Part shown: positions 1-10,390 of the stretch, in pieces | Position numbering within the stretch: position 1 is the stretch's first letter | Layout: every line of letters begins with the position of its first letter | Assembly: GCA_963662435.1 (NCBI GenBank) | Contig: OY759598.1 | Coordinates: 3,814,507 to 3,878,506, forward strand | Direction of reading: 5' to 3' | Origin: Dehalococcoidia bacterium | Lineage (GTDB): Bacteria; Chloroflexota; Dehalococcoidia; Lucifugimonadales; VXLM01 | DNA length: 64,000 nt | Program-made: the position numbers and the translations under genes | The notes under the pieces: generated by a model | What the model saw: only the letters and a program-made list of their open reading frames with translations | Database searches by the model: none | What the model was told of the DNA's origin: nothing

Positions 1-390
1 GGCCTCGATCATTCGATCGGCGCTCTCCAGGCCGTCTTCGAGGCAACGCAGCCAACCCTTCTCGTCGTGACCGCGACGAAAGCTGCCGGTGAGCGGTTTT
101 TCGATGACCACGTGCTTGCCCGAATTCAATACCGCGATCGCGGTTTCCTCATGCAGGTTTGTGGGGGTGCAGACATCCACGAGATCGACATCGGGGTCGC
201 CAAGGGCTTCCTCGAGGGTGTCGTAGGTCTTCTCGAATCCGTGGGCAGCGGCGAACTCGGAGGCAGCGTCAGGTCTGCGGCCCCAAACTCCCGTCAAGCG
301 AACATCGATGCCGTGCACCCGCTTGTAGTTCTCGGCGTGGAAAGTCGCCGCGAACCCGTAGCCCAGCATTGCGACTCCGATTGACTTCAT
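1..390 (-). CDS. Gfo/Idh/MocA family oxidoreductase (runs off the window start)
   Basis: Manual minus-strand translation from ATG at 390: MKSIGVAMLGYGFAATFHAENY...VDLVDVCTPTNLHEE...GKHVVIEKPLT, i.e. a Rossmann fold plus the EKP motif. Not in the ORF track because the stop is outside the window. Confidence 0.85.
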   Translation of the reverse strand, partial: MKSIGVAMLGYGFAATFHAENYKRVHGIDVRLTGVWGRRPDAASEFAAAHGFEKTYDTLEEALGDPDVDLVDVCTPTNLHEETAIAVLNSGKHVVIEKPLTGSFRRGHDEKGWLRCLEDGLESADRMIEA

Positions 391-483
391 TCTGCCCCGC
401 GCGTCCTCTTCATCATCCGACCTTCAGGCCTCGATGCCTACGATGATACCATGCCGTGCAAATGTCCCTATGTGAAAGGTGTC

Positions 484-1329
484 ATGGCGAGCCGGAATTT
501 TGAGATGACGAGTGCAAGTGATGTGTCGCTCCGCATGATTGTGGAAAGCCATGGGTGGGTCGCCCTGGAACCTTGGGAGTGGGACGCCGAACGTGAGGTT
601 TTGTCGCGAAACGATCTGCTCGAAGCACCGACGACCATCGCGGTTACCCAGGTCGGCCCTAGGGTGATCGAGGTCCGGGTGGAAGGAGAGGGGAGTCCGG
701 CTGCTGAGACCTTCGAGGCGATTGTGGGAAGGTGGTTGTCTCTTGACTGGGACCCGAATGAAGCGATCGCGGTCGCTTCGAGGGTGGACGCAGAAGTTGC
801 GGACCTGATACGAGCGGGAGGCGGACGTTTTCTGCGCGGTTCGAACTTCTACGAGGACTACCTCAAGACGGTCTGCACCGTACAGATCAACTGGGCCGGA
901 ACAAAGCGGATGGCCTCACGCCTCGTGAATGAGATAGGTGAAGGCTACGTCCCCACGCCTGTCCGGATCATGGATGCCGGAGAGGCTGCGCTGCGGGAAC
1001 GGGCGTCAATGGGTTTCCGCGCCAAGGGGATCATGCTGTCTACGGAAAGGCTCCTCGAAGACGGACTCGTGGACGAGAGCGGCGTGGCGGCTGAGGAGGC
1101 GTTGACGTACGACGTACTGATTGCTCTCCACGGCATAGGTCCGTATGCGGCAAGCCATCTGCGAGTGTTGCTCAGCGACTTCAGTCGAGTGCCTGTCGAC
1201 TCCGAAGTTACTTCGTACTTTCGTGAGCGGCACGGCATTGGACCAAGAGAGGTCGAGCCGTTCCTGAAACGTTGGGGCGAGTACAAATTCCTGGGGTACC
1301 GGCTCTTGCGCCGGCTGGAGAATTACTAG
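484..1329 (+). CDS. HhH-GPD superfamily DNA glycosylase (AlkA/Ogg-like)
   Basis: HhH motif LIALHGIGPYAA followed by PVDS. ATG 484 chosen because AAAGGTG lies upstream. Confidence 0.75.
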   Translation: MASRNFEMTSASDVSLRMIVESHGWVALEPWEWDAEREVLSRNDLLEAPTTIAVTQVGPRVIEVRVEGEGSPAAETFEAIVGRWLSLDWDPNEAIAVASRVDAEVADLIRAGGGRFLRGSNFYEDYLKTVCTVQINWAGTKRMASRLVNEIGEGYVPTPVRIMDAGEAALRERASMGFRAKGIMLSTERLLEDGLVDESGVAAEEALTYDVLIALHGIGPYAASHLRVLLSDFSRVPVDSEVTSYFRERHGIGPREVEPFLKRWGEYKFLGYRLLRRLENY

Positions 1330-2207
1330 CCGAAACGGGGAGCCGGCCAATCAGTGAGGCAGGTGAGAGCGTCGCTGGTATCCCACAGCCAGCGAGCGTG
1401 CTCTTCGTCATAGGTGACAGGGGCTGTTTCGCGCACAACGTTGTCGATGAAGTACTTTCCCGTGAGGCCTTCTACTTCCGGCGATACGGCGGCATAAAGG
1501 ACGGCTGACGCGCCTTCCTCCGGACTGCTGCCAAGGGTGGAGCCTGTACCAAACCCCGCCTCGTGAGACCCGCCCATATAGTCGTCGAGCAGCTTGGTGG
1601 CGATTACCCCCGGATGGAGGCAGGTGGCCGAAACGTCGGTGCCATCCAACCGGCGGGCAAGCTCGTATGTGAACAGGATGTTCGCCAACTTGGTCTTGCG
1701 GTAGACCTGGCTGGCCGTATAGTCACGGTCGGGTATGAAATCGTCCAACGTTAGAGGGCTCTTGCTGTGTACCTGAGATGAAACGGTGACGACACGCGCG
1801 GGAATGGATGACTTCAGGTCTTCGAGAAGCAGGTTCGTCAGAAGGAACGGAGCAAGGTGGTTTACTGCGAACTGGGTCTCAATGCCGTCGACGGTGAGTC
1901 GTCGGTGGGAGTCGATGGTCCCGGCGTTGTTGATGAGTACATGGAGCCGTGAATACCGGGACTTGAATGTCCTTGCCAGTTTGCGGATGGACCCTTGTGA
2001 GGAAAGGTCTGCGACGAGGAGATCAACGCCGCCGTTGCCGGAATCGGCGGCGATTTCGGCCCGGGCGGACTTACCGCGTTCATGGCTTCGGCAGACCATG
2101 ACGACCCTCGCTCCCATGCGGGCAAGGCCTGTGGCCGCCGCCTTGCCGATGCCTGCGTTCGCGCCCGTAATGAGGCACACCTTGTCAGTCATGTTCGTTC
2201 GATTCAT
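1326..2207 (-). CDS. SDR family oxidoreductase (retinol dehydrogenase-like)
   Basis: TGANAGIG, NNAG, VNHLAPF, YxxxK (YRKTK), HPGVI. Confidence 0.9.
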   Translation of the reverse strand: MNRTNMTDKVCLITGANAGIGKAAATGLARMGARVVMVCRSHERGKSARAEIAADSGNGGVDLLVADLSSQGSIRKLARTFKSRYSRLHVLINNAGTIDSHRRLTVDGIETQFAVNHLAPFLLTNLLLEDLKSSIPARVVTVSSQVHSKSPLTLDDFIPDRDYTASQVYRKTKLANILFTYELARRLDGTDVSATCLHPGVIATKLLDDYMGGSHEAGFGTGSTLGSSPEEGASAVLYAAVSPEVEGLTGKYFIDNVVRETAPVTYDEEHARWLWDTSDALTCLTDWPAPRFG

Positions 2208-2502
2208 GGCGTGGCATTGTAGCAGATGGAAAGAGAGTGGAAAGTTGCAAAGACTTTCATAGCTGAAGTGTGCGCGAATAGCGACGGCCCTTCGACAAGC
2301 TCGGGGCTTGCGGGGTACTTGATACCGGGGTGAACGGTACTTGCTCGTGATACCTGCAGACCATTGAGACGACTCAGGTCTACAAGACATCGGTCAGGGA
2401 GCGGAGTTCGTTGACCAGGAAAAGGGCGCTGTGCTAGATTTTAAGTGCTTGGACAGACTCTGAATCGTTCCCGGAGCGGCCCATATTGCCGAAGACCACA
2501 GC

Positions 2503-3444
2503 ATGACAACCGCGCAGACAAGGTTTCGTGCGGTGGCCTTGCTGGGCCTCATCGCAGCGATTGCGCAGGTGACACTGGGAGGCATCGTCCGGGTGACCAA
2601 TTCCGGCGACGCCTGTCCGGACTGGCCACTGTGTCACGGTAAACTCATCCCCCCTCTGGACTATCACACCCTTTTGGAGTATTCGCACCGACTCTCGGCC
2701 ACGGTCGTGAGCATACTTGTGCTGGTGGCGCTGTATCTTGCCTGGCGCCACTATCGCGGGAACGGTCCCGCGATCTTCTCGACGAGCGCCGCAACCATCC
2801 TGGTCATCGCAGCGGTCATTCTCGGCGGTCTGACGGTCTTGAGCGAACTCACGTGGTGGGTGCGACTCATTCACCTGGGGCTCGCTGAACTCGTCGTCGC
2901 CGCTTTGGCCTTGGCGTGGCTTTCGAGCGGGACCGCTGCGAACAAGTCCCTGCCGGAGGACGCGGAACGGACTCGTGTCAAATTCGATCATCCCCTCATG
3001 TGGGCAGCGCTAGCTGGAGTGCTGGTCATGATCCTGTACGGCTCGTACATCGTTGGCGCAGGCTATGGTTCGAGCTGTGCAAGCTGGCCGATGTGCCAGG
3101 GATGGAGCATACCGGATGGATTCGGATTCCAGGCTCACATGGGGCACCGTTACCTGGCGGTGATTGTGCTTGCGCTGGTGGCGGGGATGGGCCACGTCGC
3201 GTGGCGAAGAGGTGCCGTGGATGGCGAGATTCGTTGGCTGACCGTTCTGACAGGAGGGTTCCTCGTCGTCGAGATTCTCGTAGGCGCATTTACCATTTGG
3301 TTCGGCTTTGCCGCGGCAATGAAGTCCCTCCACCTGACGGTCGCGACCTTGATGTGGGCATCTGCTGTGCTGTTGGCGGCAGTATACCTTCGGCCTGACT
3401 GGTTCCGGGTACCTGCATGGAACGGGGAGAGTATGGCCGCATGA
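2503..3444 (+). CDS. ctaA: Heme A synthase (COX15/CtaA)
   Basis: CPDWPLC, EYSHR, HMGHR and multiple TM helices; lies upstream of ctaB. Confidence 0.93.
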   Translation: MTTAQTRFRAVALLGLIAAIAQVTLGGIVRVTNSGDACPDWPLCHGKLIPPLDYHTLLEYSHRLSATVVSILVLVALYLAWRHYRGNGPAIFSTSAATILVIAAVILGGLTVLSELTWWVRLIHLGLAELVVAALALAWLSSGTAANKSLPEDAERTRVKFDHPLMWAALAGVLVMILYGSYIVGAGYGSSCASWPMCQGWSIPDGFGFQAHMGHRYLAVIVLALVAGMGHVAWRRGAVDGEIRWLTVLTGGFLVVEILVGAFTIWFGFAAAMKSLHLTVATLMWASAVLLAAVYLRPDWFRVPAWNGESMAA

Positions 3445-4328
3445 CCGCACTGAGCATTCAGCCTTCCGGAATCGTCCGCGATTATATCGCCCTCACGAAG
3501 CCTCGTATCATTTCCCTTTTGCTGGTGACTGCTGTGGGTGGAATGGTACTGGCTGCCAAAGGCCTCCCCGATCCTATGATCGCGGCATTCGTGCTCGTGT
3601 GCGGGTACCTCGCTGCGGGCGGGGCGCATGCGTTGAACCACTACATCGAGAGCGACCTGGACAAGGTGATGCACAGGACCCGCAAGCGTCCGGTAGCGAG
3701 CGGCAGGGTGTCACGGCGGCAGGCGCTAATCTTCGGCGTGGTTCTTACGATTGCCTCTTTCGCTTTACTCAGCGCCTTCGTCAACGTGCTGAGCGCAGCG
3801 CTGACCCTGAGCGGAACGCTGATCTACATATTCGTCTACACGATCGGCCTGAAGCGAACGACCCCACAGAACATCGTCATCGGCGGGGCTGCGGGCGCCG
3901 TCCCTCCCATGGTCGGATGGGCGGCGGTAACGGGCACGGTCGGCCTTCCGGCGATCTATCTGTTCGCCATCATATTCTTCTGGACGCCGCCGCACTTCTG
4001 GGCGCTGGCGCTCCTCATCAAGGATGACTACGCCCGCGCGGGAGTGCCGATGCTCCCCGTCGTGACGAGCATTGATGAGACGAAGCGGCAGATCCTCCTG
4101 TACACCGTGCTGCTCTCGGCGCTCACGGTCATGTTCTTCGCTACGGGAGAGGTAGGGCTGATATACCTCGTTTCGGCGCTCGGATTGGGAGGAGCCTTCA
4201 TCTATCTTGCAACAGCGCATTTGCGATCAGAAGGCATACAGGGAACGAAAACGCTTTACCTTTACTCCCTTGCTTACCTGGCCCTGCTATTTCTTGCCAT
4301 AATGATAGATGGGATTGTGCAAGGATGA
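3441..4328 (+). CDS. ctaB: Protoheme IX farnesyltransferase (heme O synthase)
   Basis: LTKPRI, DKVMHRTRKRP, YTIGLKR, WTPPHFWALA; ATGA overlap with the ctaA stop. Confidence 0.96.
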   Translation: MTALSIQPSGIVRDYIALTKPRIISLLLVTAVGGMVLAAKGLPDPMIAAFVLVCGYLAAGGAHALNHYIESDLDKVMHRTRKRPVASGRVSRRQALIFGVVLTIASFALLSAFVNVLSAALTLSGTLIYIFVYTIGLKRTTPQNIVIGGAAGAVPPMVGWAAVTGTVGLPAIYLFAIIFFWTPPHFWALALLIKDDYARAGVPMLPVVTSIDETKRQILLYTVLLSALTVMFFATGEVGLIYLVSALGLGGAFIYLATAHLRSEGIQGTKTLYLYSLAYLALLFLAIMIDGIVQG

Positions 4329-4372
4329 CTGATTGGAAGAGTTTGCGGCGGCTGTTCGACACGTATAATCCC

Positions 4373-4401
4373 TTGACTGAATTTCAGGCCTTTGATAGAT
4401 T
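4373..4401 (+). promoter_or_regulatory. Putative sigma70 promoter for ctaC
   Basis: TTGACT-17 nt-TAGATT; an imperfect palindrome CTGAAtTTCAG overlaps the spacer; a separate TATAAT sits at 4364-4369. Confidence 0.4.
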
Positions 4402-4456
4402 GTTGCTGCCTCGGACTGCGTCCGATTTTGGGCGGTAGGAGTAGATAGCCAGCACA

Positions 4457-5530
4457 ATGTCAACGCTCAAAGCGCCAAACGGGAAACTGCTATTCGCTCT
4501 CCTGTTGGTCTTTCTAGGCATTCTCTTCACTGCCTGCTATCCCGACAATCCGCAGTCCACTTTCGATGCTACGGGCCCGGTTGCGCGGTCGCAGCTAACT
4601 CTATTCTGGGTCATCTTTTGGGCGGCAGCGTTCGTATTCGTAGTCGTCGAGGGGATCCTCCTGTACGCCGTATTCAAGTACCGAAGGCGTCCGGGTGACG
4701 GCGATCCGAAGCAGACGCACGGGAACACCAAACTGGAAATCGGGTGGACGATCCTTCCCTCTCTCGTGCTGGTCGTTGTCGCCGTCCCGACGGTAATTAC
4801 GATATTCGATAATGCCAACTCGCCGGATCCGGAAGGGGCGCTTCAAGTTGGCGTTGTCGGCGAACAGTGGTGGTGGGAGTTCAACTACTCCGACCCGGCG
4901 GATCCCAACAACACGCTCATTACGGCCAATGAACTGCACATCCCCGTCGACGAGGTCGTCAATATTACCCTCGACTCAAGGGACGTGCTCCATAGCTTCT
5001 GGATCCCGAAGATTGCGGGCAAGGTCGATTTGGTGCCGAACAACCAGAACACCATGTGGATCAAGGGGGAAGAGACGGGAACGTTCTTCGCCCAGTGCGC
5101 GGAATTCTGCGGCGAGTCGCATGCCCTGATGCGCTTTTGGGTGATCGTAGAGACGCGCGAGGAATTCGATGCCTGGCTCGCGTCCGAACGTGAAGATGCC
5201 ATCGAGCCCACCGATCCCCTGGCAATGCAGGGCAAGGCGATCTTTGAGGGCTCCCAGGCGCAGTGCTGGTTATGCCACACGGTGAAGGGTTCCCAGAAGG
5301 CGAACGGCAAGGTGGGTCCCGATCTCACCCACGTAGGCAGACGGACTCATATCGCCGGTGGGATCCGGGAAAATACTCAGGAGAACCTGACGGAGTGGAT
5401 CACCGACCCGAACTCCTTGAAGCCGGGCAATATCATGTCCCTCGAAGGCCAGGTATACAACGATCCCACGCTGAAGATGACCGAAGCGCAAATCTCTGCG
5501 GTAGTAAGGTATCTCCAGGGCTTACAGTGA
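4457..5530 (+). CDS. ctaC: Cytochrome c oxidase subunit II with fused cytochrome c (caa3 type)
   Basis: Lipobox FTAC, QWWWEF, DVLHSFW, CuA motif CAEFCGESHALM, heme c motif CWLCH. Confidence 0.96.
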   Translation: MSTLKAPNGKLLFALLLVFLGILFTACYPDNPQSTFDATGPVARSQLTLFWVIFWAAAFVFVVVEGILLYAVFKYRRRPGDGDPKQTHGNTKLEIGWTILPSLVLVVVAVPTVITIFDNANSPDPEGALQVGVVGEQWWWEFNYSDPADPNNTLITANELHIPVDEVVNITLDSRDVLHSFWIPKIAGKVDLVPNNQNTMWIKGEETGTFFAQCAEFCGESHALMRFWVIVETREEFDAWLASEREDAIEPTDPLAMQGKAIFEGSQAQCWLCHTVKGSQKANGKVGPDLTHVGRRTHIAGGIRENTQENLTEWITDPNSLKPGNIMSLEGQVYNDPTLKMTEAQISAVVRYLQGLQ

Positions 5531-5555
5531 CCGATCGGAGGTCGAGAGACATCTC

Positions 5556-7436
5556 ATGACGACACTTTCAATACCACTGCCGAAACGTCCATCCCATCCG
5601 ACCGGAATCTGGGACTGGATTACCACTATCGATCACAAGAAGATCGGCATCCTGTATGGGGTGACGGCCTTCATCATGTTCCTTACCGGCGGGATCGAGG
5701 CGCTGTACATTCGCGCCCAACTCGCCACACCTGAGGCGCAACTGGTCAGCCCCGAGGTATTCAACCAGCTCTTCACGATGCACGCGACGACGATGATCTT
5801 CCTCGGCGTGATGCCGATGGGAGCCGCGTTCTTCAATTACATAATCCCTCTGCAGATCGGTGCGCGGGACGTTGCGTTCCCGAGACTCAACGCCTTCAGT
5901 TACTGGACCTTCCTCGGCGGAGCGCTGATACTCAAGCTGAGCTGGTTCATGGGCGGTGCGCCGAACGCCGGTTGGTTTGGCTACTCGCCGATTACGGGAC
6001 TGGAGTACAACCCCGGGCACGGGATCGACTTCTGGATCCTCAGCCTGCAGGTGCTCGGAATCGCGTCACTTGCCGCGGCGTTCAACTTCATCGTGACGAT
6101 CCTGAACATGCGCGCACCCGGCATGTCACTGATGAGGATGCCGCTGTTTACGTGGATGACGCTGGTGACCGCGTTCCTCTTGATTCTTGCCTTCCCGGTC
6201 ATCACGGTGGCCCTGATCGAGCTGCTGTTCGACCGCTTCTACGGGACGAACTTCTTTGTCACAACGGCGGGGGCGAACCCCCTGCTGTGGCAGCACCTGT
6301 TCTGGATATTCGGTCATCCGGAGGTCTACATCCTCATTCTTCCAGCGATGGGGATCGTGTCTGAGATTCTGCCGACGTTCTCCAAGAAGCCGCTTTTCGG
6401 CTACCCGGTCATCGTATTGTCGGGCATCATCATCGGCTTCATGGGCTGGATGGTGTGGAGCCACCACATGTTCACTGTCGGCCTGGGACCGGTGGCCAAC
6501 TCGGTGTTCGCCATAACGACCATGGCTATCGCCGTGCCGACAGGTGTGAAGATATTTAACTGGATCGGAACGATGTGGGGCGGGTCGATAAGCTTCAAGA
6601 CTCCCATGCTCTTCGCCATCGGCTTCATCGCCCTCTTCATAGTGGGCGGGCTAAGCGGTGTGATGCACTCCTCCGCAGCGTCGGACGCGCAGCAGCAGGA
6701 CACATACTTCATCGTCGCGCACATACACTACGTGCTGTTCGGCGGGGCGATATTTGCCCTGTTCGCAGGCGTGTACTACTGGTTCCCCAAGATCTACGGG
6801 AAGTTCATGGACGAGAAGCTCGGCCAGCTCAACTTCTGGCTGATGTTCATCGGGATGAACGTGACGTTCTTCCCAATGCACTTCGTGGGCCTGGACGGGA
6901 TGCCACGCCGGGTGTTCACCTACCCCGAAAACATGGGATGGGACTTCTGGAACATGGTCGCGACCGTAGGGTCCTTCATACTGGCATTCGGCATCCTGAT
7001 ATTCATTGTGAACTACATCAAGAGCGTCCGGAGCGGTGAGGAAGCGAGCGGCGATCCGTGGGACGGACGGACGCTTGAGTGGTCGATTCCGTCGCCTCCG
7101 CCGCACTACAACTTCCTGAAGATTCCGACGGTGCACGACGTGGACGCCTGGTGGGCGCAGAAGCGCGAGCGGATACCGGCGGTACCGGTTGCGGGCAGTT
7201 CCGAGGACGAACACAACGGGCACGACATTCACCTGCCTCAGCCTTCGTACTGGCCGCTGGTGACCTCCTTCGGTCTGTTCATCGGAGCGTACGGCCTGCT
7301 CTTCACCTTCGATATCGCGGGGATAACGAGCGTGCCGGTTGTTGGCATTATCGGCGGGGCAATTACACTCGTAGGCATTGCGGCGTGGGCGCTCGAGCCG
7401 GTCAACGAGCCGGACGAATCGCCCGAGCACCACTAA
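5556..7436 (+). CDS. ctaD: Cytochrome c oxidase subunit I (type A1)
   Basis: DHKKIG, GHPEVY, WSHHM, AHIHYV, GMPRR; C-terminal extra TM helices as in caa3 enzymes. Confidence 0.98.
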   Translation: MTTLSIPLPKRPSHPTGIWDWITTIDHKKIGILYGVTAFIMFLTGGIEALYIRAQLATPEAQLVSPEVFNQLFTMHATTMIFLGVMPMGAAFFNYIIPLQIGARDVAFPRLNAFSYWTFLGGALILKLSWFMGGAPNAGWFGYSPITGLEYNPGHGIDFWILSLQVLGIASLAAAFNFIVTILNMRAPGMSLMRMPLFTWMTLVTAFLLILAFPVITVALIELLFDRFYGTNFFVTTAGANPLLWQHLFWIFGHPEVYILILPAMGIVSEILPTFSKKPLFGYPVIVLSGIIIGFMGWMVWSHHMFTVGLGPVANSVFAITTMAIAVPTGVKIFNWIGTMWGGSISFKTPMLFAIGFIALFIVGGLSGVMHSSAASDAQQQDTYFIVAHIHYVLFGGAIFALFAGVYYWFPKIYGKFMDEKLGQLNFWLMFIGMNVTFFPMHFVGLDGMPRRVFTYPENMGWDFWNMVATVGSFILAFGILIFIVNYIKSVRSGEEASGDPWDGRTLEWSIPSPPPHYNFLKIPTVHDVDAWWAQKRERIPAVPVAGSSEDEHNGHDIHLPQPSYWPLVTSFGLFIGAYGLLFTFDIAGITSVPVVGIIGGAITLVGIAAWALEPVNEPDESPEHH

Positions 7437-7448
7437 ACGGAGAAGTAC

Positions 7449-8183
7449 GTGGCAAACGCAGAAACCGCCCACACGGGCGGGCATGAAGAACATGATACAA
7501 CGACGGGTCTGAGCCACAAGAAGCTACTCATGTGGGCCTTTCTGGGCTCCGACTGCATGTTCTTCGGCACGTTCATCGCGACGTACCTCGTGTACAAGAA
7601 CCGCAGCCAGGTCGGCCCGTTCCCCGAGGACGTGTTCGACATCCTCACGACCTCGACGAGCACCTTCGTGCTCCTGATGAGCAGCATGAGCATGGTGCTG
7701 GCCTACAGCGCACTCACGCGCGGAAACATGAAGGGCTTCCGCATCTGGCTCCTGTCGACGTGCATCTTGGGCGCGACATTCCTGGCCTTCCAGGTATTCG
7801 AGTTCAACGAGTTCGTCAACTATCACTTCGAGCTAGACTGCAAGAACCTGAACGTCGAAGAGTTGACCGACTACGAAAAGACGTTCGTCGATCAGTGCGA
7901 CGGGACAGTAGACCACGTGTCGGTGGATGCGGGCCTCACGCCGAGAACGAATCTCTTCGGCACGACGTTCTTCACCCTCACAGGGTTCCACGGCGGACAC
8001 GTGACGATCGGCGTCATATGGCTGTTATCTATCTTCTTCTACTCCCTGAGGAAGGGCGGGATCACGCCGAAGAAACACGAGGAGATAGACCTGGCGGCCC
8101 TGTACTGGCACTTCGTGGACGTGGTATGGATCATCATCTTCACGGTGGTGTACCTGTTCGGAGTCTTCCCAGGGTTTGACTAG
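7449..8183 (+). CDS. ctaE: Cytochrome c oxidase subunit III
   Basis: TGFHGGHV, LYWHFVDVVW. Confidence 0.95.
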   Translation: MANAETAHTGGHEEHDTTTGLSHKKLLMWAFLGSDCMFFGTFIATYLVYKNRSQVGPFPEDVFDILTTSTSTFVLLMSSMSMVLAYSALTRGNMKGFRIWLLSTCILGATFLAFQVFEFNEFVNYHFELDCKNLNVEELTDYEKTFVDQCDGTVDHVSVDAGLTPRTNLFGTTFFTLTGFHGGHVTIGVIWLLSIFFYSLRKGGITPKKHEEIDLAALYWHFVDVVWIIIFTVVYLFGVFPGFD

Positions 8184-8208
8184 AACCGTTCAAGCAAGGG
8201 TAGAGCAG

Positions 8209-8529
8209 ATGGCACACGGACCAAACGACGAGGATACACACTCAACGGTAGATACGGGTCACCCGACCGCATTCACTTACTTCAAGGTGGCAATGATCTT
8301 GTCGGCCATCACCGCCATTGAGGTCGGGGTCTTCTACATAGAGGGATTGAGGCACGGGATAATTCCCGTGCTGGTGGTGCTGTCGGGGGCGAAGTTCGCG
8401 CTGGTGGCAATGTTCTACATGCACCTCCGGTACGACGCCAAGCTCTTTTCGGCACTGTTTGTCGGCGGCCTCGTACTGGCATTTGGGATCGGCCTGTCCC
8501 TGCTGGCGTTGTTCCAGTTCTTCGTATAG
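8209..8529 (+). CDS. ctaF: Cytochrome c oxidase subunit IV
   Basis: Three TM helices, KFALVAMFYMHLRYD; operon position. Confidence 0.88.
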   Translation: MAHGPNDEDTHSTVDTGHPTAFTYFKVAMILSAITAIEVGVFYIEGLRHGIIPVLVVLSGAKFALVAMFYMHLRYDAKLFSALFVGGLVLAFGIGLSLLALFQFFV

Positions 8530-8563
8530 GCCCTCGGGACTGAAGGGAGGCGGCTGAAAGGTC

Positions 8564-9427
8564 GTGGAAGAGTCCATTCGCCCAATTTGGACGCACTGGC
8601 ACGGCCACGTTGAGGTCGTGATCGGTCTCGCCCTGCTGGAGGGCGCCTACCTGTTCGGCGTGGGGCCGCTCAGGGAGCGCTGGAACCTCGCGGACGACGT
8701 AGACCCCAAGAAGATCGCGACGTTCACCGCGGGCGTTCTGGTGATCTTCTTTTCACTGCTCTCCCCCCTGCACATCCTGGGAGATCATTACCTGTTCAGC
8801 GCTCACATGACCCAGCACGTGCTGCTGACGCTGGTGGCCCCGCCACTGTTGATTCTCGGCATGCCCGACTGGCTGATTCGCCCCCTGCTGCGACCCAACA
8901 TAACCTTCTACATCTGGCGGTTCGTTACCCGTCCGGTCGTGACAATTCTCACCTTCAATCTGGTGTTCGCCCTGTGGCACGTCCCCGACCTCTACAACCT
9001 ATCGGTGACCTTCCACGCGATTCATGTGACAGAGCACTTGATGTTCATCGGGGCGGCTATGTTGATGTGGTGGCCGCTGACAAGCTCGATGTCGGAGCTG
9101 CCGCGCCTGCCGTACTCACTCCAGATGGTGTACCTATTCGCACTCTCCATAACTCAGATATTCGTGTTTGCGTTCGTGACATTCTCCAAGCAGCCGCTGT
9201 ATGAGTGGTACGTCAGGGCACCGGAAATCTGGCCGATTTCCCCGCTGGCCGACCAGCAGATCGGGGGCATCATCATGAAGGTAGGCGGCAGCCTACTCTT
9301 CCTGACACTCATCGTCATCGCCTTCTTCAAGTGGTACAGTGATGAAGAGCGTCGCACGAAGGACGAGAAGCGTCGGGTAAGCCCGCAATTCTCCGTAGAA
9401 GACGACAATCTCCTGAGCACCGCATAG
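8564..9427 (+). CDS. ctaG: caa3-type cytochrome c oxidase assembly factor CtaG
   Basis: FSAHMTQH, WHVP, DQQIGGIIMKV. Confidence 0.9.
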   Translation: MEESIRPIWTHWHGHVEVVIGLALLEGAYLFGVGPLRERWNLADDVDPKKIATFTAGVLVIFFSLLSPLHILGDHYLFSAHMTQHVLLTLVAPPLLILGMPDWLIRPLLRPNITFYIWRFVTRPVVTILTFNLVFALWHVPDLYNLSVTFHAIHVTEHLMFIGAAMLMWWPLTSSMSELPRLPYSLQMVYLFALSITQIFVFAFVTFSKQPLYEWYVRAPEIWPISPLADQQIGGIIMKVGGSLLFLTLIVIAFFKWYSDEERRTKDEKRRVSPQFSVEDDNLLSTA

Positions 9428-9443
9428 CAGAGAGGACCACAGC

Positions 9444-9659
9444 ATGGAACGGGAAAAACGTAGATTCTGGGACGCGATCTGGATACCTGCCGCCTCGGTA
9501 TTCTTCGTGGGCGCATTTGCGCTTGCCTTGGGCGTGGTATTCACGACCATCTACGTGAACACTTCTCTGAAGGCGTGGGGCGTGATCATTCTGGGCATCA
9601 TGCTCGTGGTGGGCGTTCCTCTCGTGGCCGCCTTGCTCGAACGCAGGATGAGCAGCTAG
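9444..9659 (+). CDS. Small two-TM membrane protein in the cta operon
   Basis: 71 aa, two hydrophobic helices, RBS GAGGA upstream. Confidence 0.65.
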   Translation: MEREKRRFWDAIWIPAASVFFVGAFALALGVVFTTIYVNTSLKAWGVIILGIMLVVGVPLVAALLERRMSS

Positions 9660-9721
9660 TCGCTGACGTCGGATCGGGCTTGCATATACCGCAGTTCCAG
9701 CGACCGTCGTTTATCCCAACC

Positions 9722-10390
9722 ATGTTGTGGAAGACGGCGGTCATTGTTTTTTCCGTAGTTCTCTCCGGATGCTTCAACGGCGGCGAGGAAGTTGGGCTTA
9801 GCGGGACAATCATCGAGGACCGGAGAGAAGCGACAAACTTCCGCCTGACCGACCACCTGGGGAACGTCGCATCCCTTGACCAGTACAACGACGGTAGGGT
9901 TGTAGTCCTCTCCTTTCTCTACACGTACTGCCCCGATGTGTGTCCCATAGTGGCGCACCACATCAAGAGCGTGCACGAGTCGCTTGGCGACGATGCCGGA
10001 GACGTGTCAATCGTGATCGTGAGCGTTGATCCCGAGCGGGACACGGTCGAGCGGGCCCAGGAATACTCGGAGGCATGGGGAATGTCCGGGAGTTGGGCAT
10101 ACCTTGTCGGGAGCGAGGACGAGCTCGAGCCTGTTTGGGACGCGTACTACGTGTCCCCTGCGGCGCTTGAAGAGTTTCGCGCCACGGACGTGCCGGAGGA
10201 ATGGAAGGTCGACAGGGTCCGCGGGGTGGACGCGCTAAGCCGCGATATCGCCTCGCGGTATACGGTATCGCACCAGGCTCCCGTGTATCTCATCGACAGG
10301 CAGGGAAGAATGCGAGTGCTTCACTCGCTCCCGATAACTCCTGCGGACGTGGTATCGGATGTCCGCGCGCTGCTGCGGGAGGACGGGTAG
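9722..10390 (+). CDS. SCO family copper chaperone lipoprotein
   Basis: Lipobox LSGC, CPDVC, SVDPERD, conserved His in VSHQAPVYLID. Confidence 0.92.
   Translation: MLWKTAVIVFSVVLSGCFNGGEEVGLSGTIIEDRREATNFRLTDHLGNVASLDQYNDGRVVVLSFLYTYCPDVCPIVAHHIKSVHESLGDDAGDVSIVIVSVDPERDTVERAQEYSEAWGMSGSWAYLVGSEDELEPVWDAYYVSPAALEEFRATDVPEEWKVDRVRGVDALSRDIASRYTVSHQAPVYLIDRQGRMRVLHSLPITPADVVSDVRALLREDG

Noticed and set aside
67..446. Plus-strand ORFs of 105 aa and 95 aa
   Set aside because: Antisense to the Gfo/Idh/MocA gene.
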